Source: Vicugna vicugna (Eukaryota). Taken from it: a stretch of 64,000 nucleotides of DNA. Made by a program: the position numbers and the translations under genes. The notes under the pieces were generated by a model, which had not been told where the DNA came from, searched no databases, and worked only from the letters and a program-made list of their open reading frames with translations. Location of the stretch: positions 2,307,370-2,371,369 of the forward strand of contig MU057744.1 of the NCBI GenBank assembly GCA_013265495.1. Direction: 5' to 3'. Positions 40,031 to 52,425 of this stretch are shown piece by piece; position 1 is the stretch's first letter, and every line of letters begins with the position of its first letter.

Positions 40031-40454
40031 TGTCTTGGGTTTGATTCTCCAAGAAGACCTAGAGATGGGAAACGGATGTGAATGGGTTATTAGGTGAGTG
40101 ACCCCGGCAAGGAAGGGAGGGCAGATAAAGGGCGCCCTGGGGAGCCAGGGACCACTCTGAGCCACCGCAGCTCAGTCGCCCTGAATTCTGGGCAAGCGAG
40201 AATCCAGCCTTGGAATGGTCCTTACTCACTGATAAAGAAATGGGTTTTAATTCACCAGCTCACTGTCATTAGTTGAGACCCATTTCCAGGGTTAAACCTC
40301 TGGCTCAGTTTACTCTGTGCTCAGACTCAGCTTGTTCCTGAAGCCAGAAAAGAACACCTGCAGTCAGAGGTGCGCACAGGGCTCTCAGTCGAGGCTTCAG
40401 CTTCAGAGATGCGCGCTGAGGGCCTGCGGTCAGGCACCTACAGCATCTGCTACA
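40031..40454 (-). mobile_element. LTR33-like ERVL LTR
   Basis: tgtcttgggtttgattctcc...gggaggg...ataaagggcg...cagcatctgctaca termini. Confidence 0.7.
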
Positions 40455-41050
40455 GCCCACACGTGGCACTGCTCAGGTCCATCCGCGATCCACGCAGTCC
40501 CGCTCTTCTCTCCAAAGGTCCTCCTATTAATGGTCATACTTCCAAAAAGTGACTTGCAGTGGGAAGGATAGTAGGTTCAAAGAATGTGATCGACGGTCAT
40601 CCACATTCCACCAGCCACTCCAGGTTGGTTTCCCCACTGTCAGCACTTGTGTTCACGTAGCCTACTTGCCTCGTGTGCACACCAGCCCTGCCCCCATGGT
40701 CACCCCCCTGATGGGCACAGTCCCCATGTGTGGAGCTGGCTGAAGTGAAGGCAGGGGCTGGATGACCTTCACGCCCCAGTCGTCCCATCCACATGGCTGT
40801 TCAGCTGCTCCGCTGTGGGGGACACTTGCTGGAGGACCCACACGTTGTGCCCTCTCCTGCAGAGCCACGCACATACCGCCCCCAGTCCCCTGTGCCTCCA
40901 GTTCACAGCCTTGCTCTTTTAGGTGCCAGTCAATTCAGCCAGAGGAATCTGCCCTTGCCCCAGGCCAGCGTGCTTACTTTCGTTCCTCAGGCCACGTCTC
41001 CCTTTCCATCATGCAGAGGACTGTGTGTCCAGTATGGGAGAACGTCCCCC
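40455..41050 (-). mobile_element. Degenerate ERVL internal sequence adjoining the LTR
   Basis: Directly follows the LTR end with gcccac...cactgctcaggtccat...tggtcatacttcc, like ERV3-16A3-type internal sequence. Confidence 0.45.
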
Positions 41051-41144
41051 TTTACTTCCTTCTCTGAAGGGCACCTCTGAGTTGGGCTGTTTTATAGCAG
41101 CAACCATTTTCTGCTTACACCAACCTACAGAACTTACCTTTCTG

Positions 41145-42245
41145 CAAACTGGGTTTAAAATGTCTGCTTTGTGAAAGAGGATGTCAAGAGAATGAGAAGA
41201 GAAGCCACAGAAGGGGAGAACGTATTTGTGATAGAGACACCTGGTAAAGAACCATTAGCTAAAATACACGACAAACAGTTAAAACTCAACAAGAAGAAAG
41301 CAGGCAACTCAATTAAAAAACAGCCAAGGATCCTAACAGGCATCTCGCCAAAGATACACAGATGACAAACAGGATACGAAAAGACGTTCCACATCTCATG
41401 TCATCAGGGAAATGCAAATTAAACCAACAATAAGATACTGCTAGACACCTACTAAAATGGCCAAAATCTGCAACGCTGACAACACTGAATGTTGACGAGG
41501 ATGTGGAGCAACAGGAACGCCCACACGTGGCGGGTGGGAGTGCAGCACGGCACGGCCACGCTGGAAGACAGCTCGGCCCTTTCTTATAAAACACTGTCCT
41601 ATCATACGATGTAGCAATCACCCTCCTTGGTGTTTACCCAAACGAGCTGAAAACTTACGTCCTCATGAAGCCTATAAATGGATGTTTATAGCAACTTTAT
41701 TTAAAATTCATAAAACTTAGAAGCAGTAAGATGTCCTTCAGTAGGTGAACAGATAAATAAGTTGTGGAACGTTCAGACAATGGAATATCACTCAGCACTA
41801 AAAAGAAGTGAGCTATCAAGCCATGAGAAGACCTGGAGGAATCTTAAATGCATATTACATAGTGAAAGAAGCCAATCTGAAAAGCTTACGTATTGTATGA
41901 TTACAAATATATGACCTTCTGGAAATGGAAAAACTATGAAGATGTTAAAAAGCACAGCGGTTGCAGGGAGGGAAGGAAGAAATGAACAGACAGAGCACAG
42001 AGGGTGTTCAGGGTTGCGCAAACACTGTTAACACAATGATGGATGTGTGTCATTATACTTTGGTCCAAATCTGTAGAATATAAAACATCAAGAGTGAACC
42101 CTAAGGTAGAGTATAGGCTCTGAGTGATTATGATGTGTCAATGTAGGTTCATTCTTGTTTTAAAAAATGCACCATTCTGGTGGGGGGGGGCATCAATTTT
42201 GTTGTAAACCTAAAACTGTTTAAGAAATAAAGCCTATTTTAAAAA
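41145..42245 (+). mobile_element. L1MC-type ORF2 end plus 3' UTR
   Basis: gagaatgagaagagaagccacag...gggaaatgcaaattaaa...gaggatgtggagcaacaggaac...gagctatcaagccatga...taaacctaaaactg. Confidence 0.9.
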
Positions 42246-42949
42246 GTTATTTAACATTAAAATTGTGAAGTTTTCTTATTTTTGAACAGACTTTATCAAA
42301 TACAATTTAGTTGAGGAGTTTCTGGATAAAACTGGAATATTAATTGTTTCCTGATGTAAATTGCTCCGATGTTGATGTTTCTGTCAGTTTTAAGACTCTC
42401 CCTCAGACAGAAAAAGATGGTGAGTAAACTGCCAATACAAGGACAACATGCTCGTCTGTTTCACTGGGAACATATGGATTAAAACTTGAGCCTCTGACTT
42501 AACGAAACGCAGCCCACGATAAAAACAGCGTCTCTCACTTACTCATGGCCAGAATTACCTAGTTTGCCCCTCCTCTCCTTGACTAACCCCCGTGTTTGCA
42601 CTTGTTTGGATGGATCTGACCTGCTCATGGATCTCACTTACAATAATCCTGCTGCAGGCGACAGGGTGACAGAGTGGAGAAGTCACACATTTATCGTCCT
42701 GTGTGCTTCCCGACACCGGCAACGACCCCGACGATTCCAGAGCTAGAAAACAATCACGGTGAGAAGTCACGTGGGGAAAATGATTGAGGCGCAATTCCAA
42801 GGAGACAGAGCCACTTGGGACCGGCGAGGATGCACCGGCGGGGCAGAGAGGAGCAGAGCGGGCGGAGAAGCGGCCTCTGGTACAGGCACACGGGTCTTGT
42901 TATCAACCTCGGTCTAAGCAACACGCACCAGACGGGCTTAAAATTGACT

Positions 42950-43170
42950 GAGATTTGCAAATGTCAACTACTATATATAAAAATAGATTTAAAAAACAAA
43001 CTTCTGTACAGCACAGGGAACCATATTCTATATCTTGTAATGACCTTTAGTGAAAAAGAATATGAAAGCGAATATACGTGTGTACATGGGTATACGTAGT
43101 CACATCTGGGACACCGTGCTGTGCACCAGAAGCTGACACACTGTAACTGACTGTACTTCAATTTAAAAAT
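42950..43170 (+). mobile_element. Camelid-type L1 3' end
   Basis: gagatttgcaaat...cagcacagggaaccatatt...gtgctgtgcaccagaagctgacacactgtaactgactgtacttcaat. Confidence 0.9.
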
Positions 43171-43416
43171 TTGCGTTTAGAATAAGAAAATTTCTCATAT
43201 CTCTGAAAACACTGCGTAGAAATTTACAAAGATCACAGAGGGTGAGAAGGCCTTCCTGACGTAACGAGATGCTCGTCGCCTCGTTAACACAGGCTGCACA
43301 GTCCTCTTTCACAGACGAGCTGGTCTGCAGCAATGGCGCTGACTCCTCACGTCCTTATGTACAGACCACACTGCACCTCCCGGAGTCTTAACTTTACCAT
43401 CAACAGTATGGGGTCA

Positions 43417-43587
43417 GGGGGAGGGCGTAGCTCAGTGCAGAGCGTGTGCTTAGCACGCACGAGGTTCTGGGTTCAATCCCCGGTCCCTCTGTTACAAAAA
43501 AATGAGTAAAAAATATAATAACGAAATAAACCTAGTTACCACCCCCCAAAATAATCTGGGGATAAATGTTCTAATAATTTAATAAAG
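43417..43587 (+). mobile_element. tRNA-Ala-derived camelid SINE (Vic-1 type)
   Basis: gggggagggcgtagctcag...cttagcacgcacgaggttctgggttcaatcccc...aataaacctagttacc. Confidence 0.9.
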
Positions 43588-44343
43588 TACTGGGAGTAGA
43601 ATAGTTTGCAAACCATAAAACTCAAGCAAAAGAGCCTTTTCTTATACTCTCGATTTTCACAATGCAAAGGAATTTAAAGGGTCAAGCTGTACTCTTATTT
43701 TGGATGCAGCTCCATAAGGCACAGAGCACACTCTGCTCTGTTACACACACACACACACACACATCACACGCACACGTATGTCATGTATTCATGGATTTTC
43801 TACTTTTAGAAATCTTTACACTTTTAGTTACAGGCATCCAGCAACATGCTCTAGTAAAAATGTTCCACTCTGAAAAAAACGGAATAGCCTTCTCTCTGGG
43901 AAGATTGTGAAAACCGGAGATTCAAAACACCAAAGACACCCTAAGCAAGAATCGGATATAGTTTACTGGTTTTAATGACAGAAACTGAAGTTACAAACTT
44001 ACTGGATGGATGTACATATAATCAGATGAGGAGATAACAGATAATATGGGAAAGGAAATATTTTACAGAAAATGACTAAGAATTTTTGAACTGATTTAAA
44101 AAGCAAAAAAAGAAAGAAAGAAAGAAAGGAAGAAGGAAAGAAAGAAAACAATTAAAACCCAAAGCAGGAAAATCTGTTACTGCTGAAATAACAGAACACA
44201 GAAGACAATCTACAGATTTTAGGAGAAGTCTTCAAAACCATCAAAAACATTTTCAAAGGTATGTAACTCCAAAGAGATACTAATTACAGGACAAATAAAA
44301 ACAAAAATGCAAGGTGAGCATGTGTAACTTTATGGAACCACAC

Positions 44344-44650
44344 TGTCAAAGACTCTCCTTGACCCGTTTATAGCCAGGCTCCCCGGACCACCCTTTCCTA
44401 GAATATTTTCTACAAAGGCTTCCTGTTTAGAGTTATGAATCCTTCCTGTGACTCTCTGAGTTGGACCTACCACAACGCAAGAGTGTCTTTCTCCAGGACT
44501 TCAAAGCCATTTCCTCAGAATCTATTAATCGGGACACGGCTGGGGTCCCGTGTCCCAGGCTCCGTGGCAGCGGAGAACCCTGACTCCGCTCACTCCCAGC
44601 TGGCAGACACGGGTGGCCTGACCGGCATTTACACCTGCCCACCTCGTACG
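44344..44650 (+). mobile_element. MER34-like ERV1 LTR fragment, GC-shifted
   Basis: tgtcaaagactctccttgacc...caggctcc...ccaggacttcaaagccat...tcccaggctccgtgg...gcagacacgggtggcct. Confidence 0.55.
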
Positions 44651-46744
44651 AGCTGTTACAGGGCGTCTGTGCACCCGCGGACGGCTTCTCTGCCCTCTTG
44701 CAGACGGGACTCAGGTCTGTTTCTGACAGGTGTCTAAGGCCACGGGCGGCCCAGGGGAGGTGAAGCCACATCCAGGCTCACAGGCTGGATTTTCCTGCTG
44801 TGTCGTGTCCAAGGGGCAGGGAGCTCTCTCTTCAGCTGCCTGGGGGACGTGACAGGGTGAATTTACTTTGGTTCTCTTTTTACCTTAAAGGTGCAGCTCT
44901 TGGATTAACAGCTGGGGAGACAGGGGTCCTCGCACCCTCTCTGCCTGGTGGGCAAGCACTGGGATTTGTCCTGAGACCAGAAAACCACCGCTGTCAGGCT
45001 AGCAAGCTCCTGCTGGCGGGGACCCGGCCTCCACCTACATCGAGGAATGACGGGTTCTCACCTACACAAGTTCGGACACTTGCTGACGCTTTTAATGATG
45101 TTTAAAACACCTCCTCGACCAGTTTTAGTTGTTTTCAGCGAGAGAACTGGTGAATAAATTGATTTACCTTATTACCACTGGAAATGGATTTCCTGGAAAC
45201 CTATTAAATATTAAATTGTACAGCCAAAAAGCCCACAAGAGTCTAATTTTTCTTCCCCTAAAGCCAGCTTCTGAGGCCCTTCAGCGGGACTGACTGGGGT
45301 TCTTATGCCCTTAAAACTCCCACGGAGGACGTTTGCCTTCAGAACTTTATATTCAGAACCAAAAAATATTTTAAAGTTAGAATCGATGTGCGGGGAGCCA
45401 CTCATGACCTGAGGACTGCCGAGCACAGAACGGGACGGAAAATCCCAAAGTGCTGGCGTCAGGCTCTGAGATTGATCTAGCAAAGACAATCTCTGTCCCG
45501 CCACCCCTTTGAAGAAGAATGCACCAGGTGTTCTAAAGCTCTAGGAACATCCAGAGCTATTAAGTCACTGATGACCTTAGAACAGAGAGATACAATCAGC
45601 ATACAAGTTAGTTATCTCAGTTTACTTGAATAATTATCTTAGTTAGTGATCTTGATATGCGGGAACATTAACTTTAGTGTATGAGTACTATAAACAATGC
45701 TAATCTATAGAACAATATACGAGATAATAAGCCCTAAAACAATACCTATGCCTACGTGCAGGAATGCACAAGATAGCTAGTTGAAATTGTACAAATTAAC
45801 TGCTGAAAATAAACTCAATGTCCATTCTTGGCTTAGCGTCTTGCGGGCTTAGAGTGAGACCCTCTCAACCCCATCTTTTAGTCTTGTCTTTCTTTTCTCA
45901 GTCCTGCAGCACAGGTTTCTGGACCTGATCGATTGTCGGCTGGCTCCGACATCGATGTAATTGTATATTTCAAAAGACAGGAAAGGTTTTGCCCCAATGT
46001 CCTGAAGGCCTCATGATTCGTGATTACGCTCTCTGCAAAAGCCACGATTCCATTTTAAAAATTCACCTCAACTGGCGTTTTAAATCAGACTATTTTTTTA
46101 TCAGAAATATAAGCCCCATGGCATATAGAGCACAGTACTCCTATCAGTGTGGCTGGTGGCTGTTTCTGCACATGCTGGCAACAGTACATACACAATAGCA
46201 AATGACAGCCTCCTGGATTTACTGAGTCAACTAAATGGAAAGCTAGTTTGAAATTAGGATGGAAATTTCATACCACCTGGGAATTGAGGGGTGGGCCTGC
46301 CAAGCCCAAGGACCTGGGACAAAATAAATATACATTCTTTCAATCAAGAGTCTGGACAATTTTCACATAGACTTTTAAGCACATACCTCTCAACAAAAAA
46401 TATATTGCAGAGAAATGTAATAATTAGGTATATAATATCCTGAGCTAGATTAGGGAAAAAAGCCAACTACCTTGCAAAATAGCATCTGATTAGCTACTCA
46501 AAAGCCACCCCTTTATTTCCATCAGCTCACAGGCTGCCTGACTTCCTAAAAGTGGAAATGGTTAAAATCACAGGCAGTGACTGTCTTAGAGTGATTACAT
46601 AATGTTGGCTTAGTGCTACATTGTACAGTCATGAACACATTCAAAAATTATTTTCTGAAACTATATCGCAAACACTGGTGCTTTAGAAAATAATAAAACA
46701 TTTGGGACTATTTTAAGTAGGAAAAAAAATCTAATTTTAAAAAA

Positions 46745-47020
46745 AGGTGGTCAAAAGGTATGTACTTCCAGATATAGCTAATTTAAGTCCTGGGGACGCA
46801 ATGTACAGCAAGGGGATGACAGTTAACCACAGTTATAGATGCTCAGGGAGCAGAGCCTGAAAGTTCTCACAAGGAAACACTGTAACTGTGTGAGGTGGTG
46901 GATGTGAAGCAAATTCAGTGCGATGACTGTTTTGCAATATACACATATATTAAATCATTAGCTTGTGCACCTACAACTGATATATTGTTGTATGTCCATT
47001 ACGTCCACATTTTAAAAAGA
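46745..47020 (+). mobile_element. L1MA-type 3' end
   Basis: ggtcaaaaggta...aagtcctgggga...tgtacagca...aaagttctcac...ttgcaatatacacatatattaaatcatta. Confidence 0.8.
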
Positions 47021-48454
47021 ATTTTAAAATGTGGTTTAAGGTTTTGTGTTGTTGTGGTTGTTAAGCAAGACTGTCAATAGTAGAAGTAGTTAGCATCTTC
47101 AGCTACTTTGAGATTCCAAACTCTGTTTTTCTCCTTGAGCATCTGTCTGTTCAGACCAGAACACGCCCAGAACCGAGTCAGCCACTCCTCCACTGATGAC
47201 GGCAACACATTTCAGTCCCTGACTTACTCATTTGTTTCATTTCTGCCATCGTTTACGCTACGTTCAAAGTCTAGGGAAGAGTGACACAACCCCTAACAAA
47301 TAACCAAAAACGTCACGGGTAAGCCACAGCTCGGACACAGACATTTTTTAAGTCATAAATATACAAAGTATGTACAAGTAACAATAGTTAACATTTATTT
47401 TTTGGGTGGATACAGCTGAAGAAGATCCTACTGAGGCATTGTCAACTTTTTAAAAAGTTTCAAAACGGCACAAAGTATATGTGACAAAATATTACTTAAC
47501 TGATATTAATATTCATTGTGTCACAGTATAGACCCAGTGCACTTTAGGATGTTTATATTTTGGCTTTTTGTATGTCTAAATTCATAATAACTAAGTGTAT
47601 TTTCAATACTAAACATTCTGGGTGATGATAATAAGACTATTTAAAAATACTGTTTGATATTCTAATAAATAAAAAAGTCAAGCAAAATAGGATCTTTCGT
47701 GGGTGCTGGTTGTTCGTGTTTCACACAGTGGTTGGAAGGGACCAAGGCGCTGACGTGCACCGGCCCCAGCCACGGAGGGAGGGCGAGTCCACCACGCACA
47801 CCGCGCTCTGGGAAGCGGAAGTTCGCATTCTCGTCAAGTAATTGCTTCCAACACTAGAAGCCCTCTTCTTTGACTTCTGGAATAAATTATTCTGACCTAA
47901 GTGATCACGTTTTGTCTTTATTCTATTATTAAAACTAAACTTTATTTAGAACATTTCAACTGTGTATTCTCATTGCTTAGGATTAAGATTTTCCTTGGAA
48001 ATTCAACATATAACATAAATCTTATTTTTAACATGCTATTCCTTTCGTGGGTACATTTGTAACTAGTCCTTAGGTTTGACCATTTGGATTGCTTTCAGTT
48101 ACCAGTTACACTGTATCTTCTGACACTTTAGTGCATGAACTTTTTCTATGTCTCTGATGGCTGCCTCAGAACAGATCCCCATGGACAGCACAGAGTCAAA
48201 GAATTCAATCCTCTTCATATCAGGTGCACGTGACCTCCCTCATCTTTCTATGTCATTCTCATCACACTCGAGAAATTTTTTTTAAATGTTTAAATCATAT
48301 AGATCAAAAAACCCTCATATTTCCAATGGTTAGTATCCAAATAAATTTAATAAAATTTCTATAATTAGCTCAATAGAAATAAACATTTCAGATATTGCCA
48401 AGTTTTTTGTTTTTGTTTTTGTTTTTGTTTTTGCATAAAGATTCACTTACACAG

Positions 48455-49340
48455 ATCGCCGTGAGCGTCTGGAATCCTGACTTCCGCCCCCTGCTTTCTG
48501 CTCCCAGTCCCCGGCCGCCCGGGCCCTCGCCCCCGCGTGCCCGCAGCAGGGCCCCCTCCGCCCTCACCTGGCCGCCCGCCCGGCGCGGACTCACGGGCAG
48601 GCATCCAGGTCTTCGCACGCACTGCGCTCGCTCAGCGCCCGACCCGCAGCACAGAGCAGCTCCGCGCACACAGAGCAGGTGGTAAGAGGGAGGAATGAAG
48701 CCGGCGCCGCTCCCGCCGACGCGTGCGTCCCCAGGCGCGGGGCGCAGCGGGGCTGCTGAGCGGGCGGGGCCTCGTGACTGAAGAGTCGCCTGAACCACGT
48801 GTACCCCCATCTTCACCTGGAAATAGGGACGCTGCGGAGAGATCTTCCACCGAGCCCGACGTGAGGGCTGCACTCGCCGAGCAGTGCAGAGCCTTGGTTA
48901 GTGCCCCGCACACGCGGAGGTCAAGTTCGCAGACCTTTTCCTCTTGGACCCCGAGCTGCCGCCGCCTTCACTCTGGCTGAGGACTGTGCCGCGACTCTTG
49001 GACGAGGGGAAGCGCTGGGGGGGCTCGTGCCCCCACCGCAAGCTGCAGAGACCCAGCTGCCACGCCCCCGCTCCACGCGCCTGGCCCAGGCCCCGGGGGC
49101 GCGCGGCGTGGGCACGGGCCGAGGGGAAGCGCCTTCCCGTGCGCCAGGCCCTCCCACCCCCGCCCTCCACGGTCACGCAGACCAGCATGGCCGGATAAAT
49201 GGGCTCCCCGGAGAGAGGAGGGCGACCTCATCACGACAGAGCAGAAGACACCAAAGGAAAGCCAGTTCCAGGCACGGGAGGCAGGCGCTCTCAATACCCC
49301 ACCCGCTAAACACGTGCCCTTTCACGGCCGTGGAGGGAGA
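48455..49340. promoter_or_regulatory. CpG island, candidate promoter of a minus-strand transcript
   Basis: GC/CpG-dense; minus-strand donor motifs clustered in its left half (exon ends 48568 CAG|GTGAGG, 48595 |GTGAGT, 48817 CAG|GTGAAG); GC box gggcgggg near 48761. Confidence 0.7.
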
Positions 49341-50231
49341 AGCTGACACATCAAACCAAAACACTCTCCCGAAATCCATCATTGTGTTTGTGAGGGAGAG
49401 CCGATATGGAAAATATTTTAGGACACGTTCTGAATAGATTCAGACCTTTAAGTATCCGTATCAGAATGTTTTTAGAATAGAAGGAAAAGAGACTAGAACA
49501 AAAGGAAACAATTAAAATAATAACAACTTTTCAAAGAGATGAAAGACCGTCGCTGAGTCCTGATTGAATGGGTGTTAGGATAGGTGAGGACCATATCCTG
49601 AAATTAGTCTTTTTTTGTTCATTACAATCTACGTTCATTTGAAATGCCTGCGGGGCTTCCGCGTGAGATATTTACAGAATACCTTGTTTTGGTCACCTTT
49701 CTACCACGCTGTACGTGACATCCTTAGAACTTACTCATCTTAGAATACCTTCTCTGCGTAGGTTTCACTTTAGATGCCAGCAATCAGAAGTTGAATTAAA
49801 ATAAACCACCTAACCTTGGGAGCTGGTCAGTTGCTGTGTCTATAATCTCCTGCCAAGGAGTCTGTAAAAACCTTAAGTCTAGACTCCTAGCCTGGATTCG
49901 CAAAGGAATCCTATTCAGGAGAAAACTAGGAATACCTCTTCTGTGTTGCAAAAGCCAACAGCTAATGTCAACAGTTTTAAACACAAACTGAAATTCGGCT
50001 AAACACCCATGGTTAACAAACAGAGCAGAGGAAGTAGGAGAATGAAGAATTTCGTATTTCTTCCCTGGTAATCATGTATAACATTTTTTCCAGCTAGAAA
50101 CAACTTGTCCTTTCTCTGCAGCCCCATGACAGTGTGCCCGTCCCTCTCTGGTGGTGTGTGACATCACTCTTCACTTTTACTCAAGTGGGCACACATTCTT
50201 AGCTCACAAGCTTCAGGAGAGGCTTCCCTTT

Positions 50232-50346
50232 CTTTCTCTTTTTTTTTTTTTTTCACTCTGCTTATTTTTCAAAAAGAGCTTTATTGAGGCATAATTTACA
50301 TACCATAAAATTCACCCACATTAAGCATCTGATTCAGTAAATTGTA
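50232..50346 (-). mobile_element. Short polyadenylated retro-insertion with perfect 18-bp TSD
   Basis: caggagaggcttcccttt at 50214-50231 and 50347-50364; antisense poly(A) ~50232-50253; antisense AATAAA 50280-50285 inside an old L1M 3' end. Confidence 0.85.
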
Positions 50347-50769
50347 CAGGAGAGGCTTCCCTTTAGACCCCCCCCCCCACACACACACCGCTCCCAGCAC
50401 ACACTCCCCAGGCTAAAATTCCTGGGATGTAAAGTGGGTTTACTATTAATATATCCTGCAGAGAAAAGCTGTGAGGAACCAAAGAGTCGTCACACGTTAA
50501 GCCCTTAGAACATGCCCAATTTTTCCATAAATATTTACTGACATTAATATAATAAAAGTAGCCACGTTACAGCTATTCCATGGATAAAAATAAGGAGGAA
50601 GAAATTACCAAGCACTAATGGCTTAGAATATATAGTCTTTAAAAAGGATCCAAAGGGAAGAATCACAAAACTACACTCATCACTCATGAGTAGACATTTC
50701 TCACACATGAAAGCCTCTCCTTCTCATCCTATCGCACTGTGAGTTGAGTCTCCATTATTCTCCTGGCAC

Positions 50770-51610
50770 GATTTAGAACATCATGCTAACAAGCCTCCCC
50801 TAAAAGGACAGAGGAACACAGTTGGACGAGGGGGGAAAGACTGAGGAGCAGCACAAAGGGGAGACCAGGAAAGAAGCAAGGAGACAAACGGGAAGCATCA
50901 CTAGAGGGGTCTGAAATCCCTGGGGCTCTTAGCAACAAGCGAGCTCTCTGGTAACCATAGCAACAGCGAAAGTCAGCCCATCAGAAGTCCTGACCAGATT
51001 AACCCAAACTTCACACCAAAGCCCTGGAAGAAGGAAGGGCTCTCCTCTCCAAACGTAAAATACACTTATTGTATCTATTGTCATAAATGTTATACATAAG
51101 TTTCAACAACAAAAAATAATTCAAGCACAGCACAGCAAAAAATACTACAAAATGTAGATAGAAGAAATAAACAATCATTAGAACCACACTCAGAACACAG
51201 GTAATGACTTGACACTTTTAGATAAGTAATTTAAAATAATTGTGATTAATATGTTAAAGACTTTAATGGAAAAGGCAGATAGCAGAAATATTAGGTAAAT
51301 TTAACAGAAAGTTAATAATTATGAGAAAGAGTCAAACAGAGATATTGAGATTAAAACTCAGTAACAAAAATGAAGAATGTCCTTGACAAGCTCATCAGTA
51401 GACACTGCCAAGGAAAGGGTTAATGCAGGTAGATTAATAGAAATTACAAAGAGAGAAAAGGTTGGGGCGGGGGAACAAAAGGGAAGTATCCAGGGCCTGT
51501 GGGCTAATATTAAACATTCTAACAGCAACATAATTGGAATTCCAGAATGGGAAAAATGTAAGAGGCTAGGCATAAGAAATATTTGAAGAAATAATGTCAG
51601 AAATTTTCTA
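50770..51610 (+). mobile_element. Ancient L1M 5'/ORF1 region
   Basis: ctggtaaccatagcaac...ttaaaataattgtgattaatatgttaaag...aatgaagaatg...taattggaattccagaa...atatttgaagaaataatg. Confidence 0.75.
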
Positions 51611-51611
51611 C

Positions 51612-52425
51612 TGAGGGCGTCTGGAAGCAGTTACACCTCAACAATGAAAGCGTAACTAGCATCCAGGTCTTGGTTTCTAAACACTATGGTCCAATAAAAG
51701 GAATCATAATGAGGAGGGTACAGCTCAGTGGTGGAGCACATGCTTAGCATGCACAAGGTCCTGGGTTCAATCCCCAGTGCTTCCACCAAATAAATAATAA
51801 ATAAACCTAATCACACCCCCCCAATAAATAAACAAAATAAAAAGTATAAAATTAAAAAAAAATGAATCATGGTTTTTCAAAAAAAAAAATGGTTGGAGAA
51901 ACTTGACAAGCACTGCTTGAACCAAGCATCAAAGTCAACAACAAAAATGACATGCGGACATTATACACCCTGGATATGATCTGAAGATAGAGGTAACTAG
52001 CCTCTCCATTAATGTTTCTCAAAAATCTCAGTCTAATCATGAGAGAATACAAGAAAACCTCAAACTGAGTGACTTTCTGCAAAATACCTGGCCAGTACTT
52101 TCAACACAGCCAAGGTTGTGAAAAGTAAGAAGACTGAGAAACTGTCACAGAGCACAGAAGGCACGGCAGCGAAATGAAATATGATTCTCTTACTAGGTCC
52201 AGAATGGACAGAAGGCATTAGCGGAAAACTAGTCAAATCCAAACAAAGTCTGTGGTTTAGTTAACAAGCCAACGTTAAGGGTTTAGTCTGACAAATGTGC
52301 CAAGGGTACGTGAGGTGTAAACATTAAGGGAGATCAGACGAGCGGTCAGCACTGGAGAACTACCTGTATTATTTCTGATACTTTTCTGTAAACCTGAAAT
52401 TATTTCCAAACAAAAAAGTATGTTA
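51612..52425 (+). mobile_element. L1MC/L1MD-type 3' region interrupted by a SINE
   Basis: cttggtttctaaa...ccaataaaaggaa...cagtctaatcatgaga...actgagaaactgtcacag...ttctgtaaacctgaaattatt. Confidence 0.75.
51711..51862 (+). mobile_element. tRNA-Ala-derived camelid SINE (Vic-1 type)
   Basis: Head gagggtacagctcagtgg...cttagcatgcacaaggtcctgggttcaatcccc; TSD core gaatcat at 51701 and 51864. Confidence 0.92.

Larger units (their letters stand above)
27767..48817 (-). pseudogene. Hypothetical multi-exon transcript unit (decayed gene or lncRNA), unidentified
   Basis: AG/GT-bounded candidates at 47292-47228, 45200-45168, 42742-42642, 39968-39823, 35971-35899, 33916-33847, 32809-32772, 31282-31098, 29231-29163, 29079-28958 and 27809-27767, downstream of the CpG island; splice sites vary in strength. 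Confidence 0.25.
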
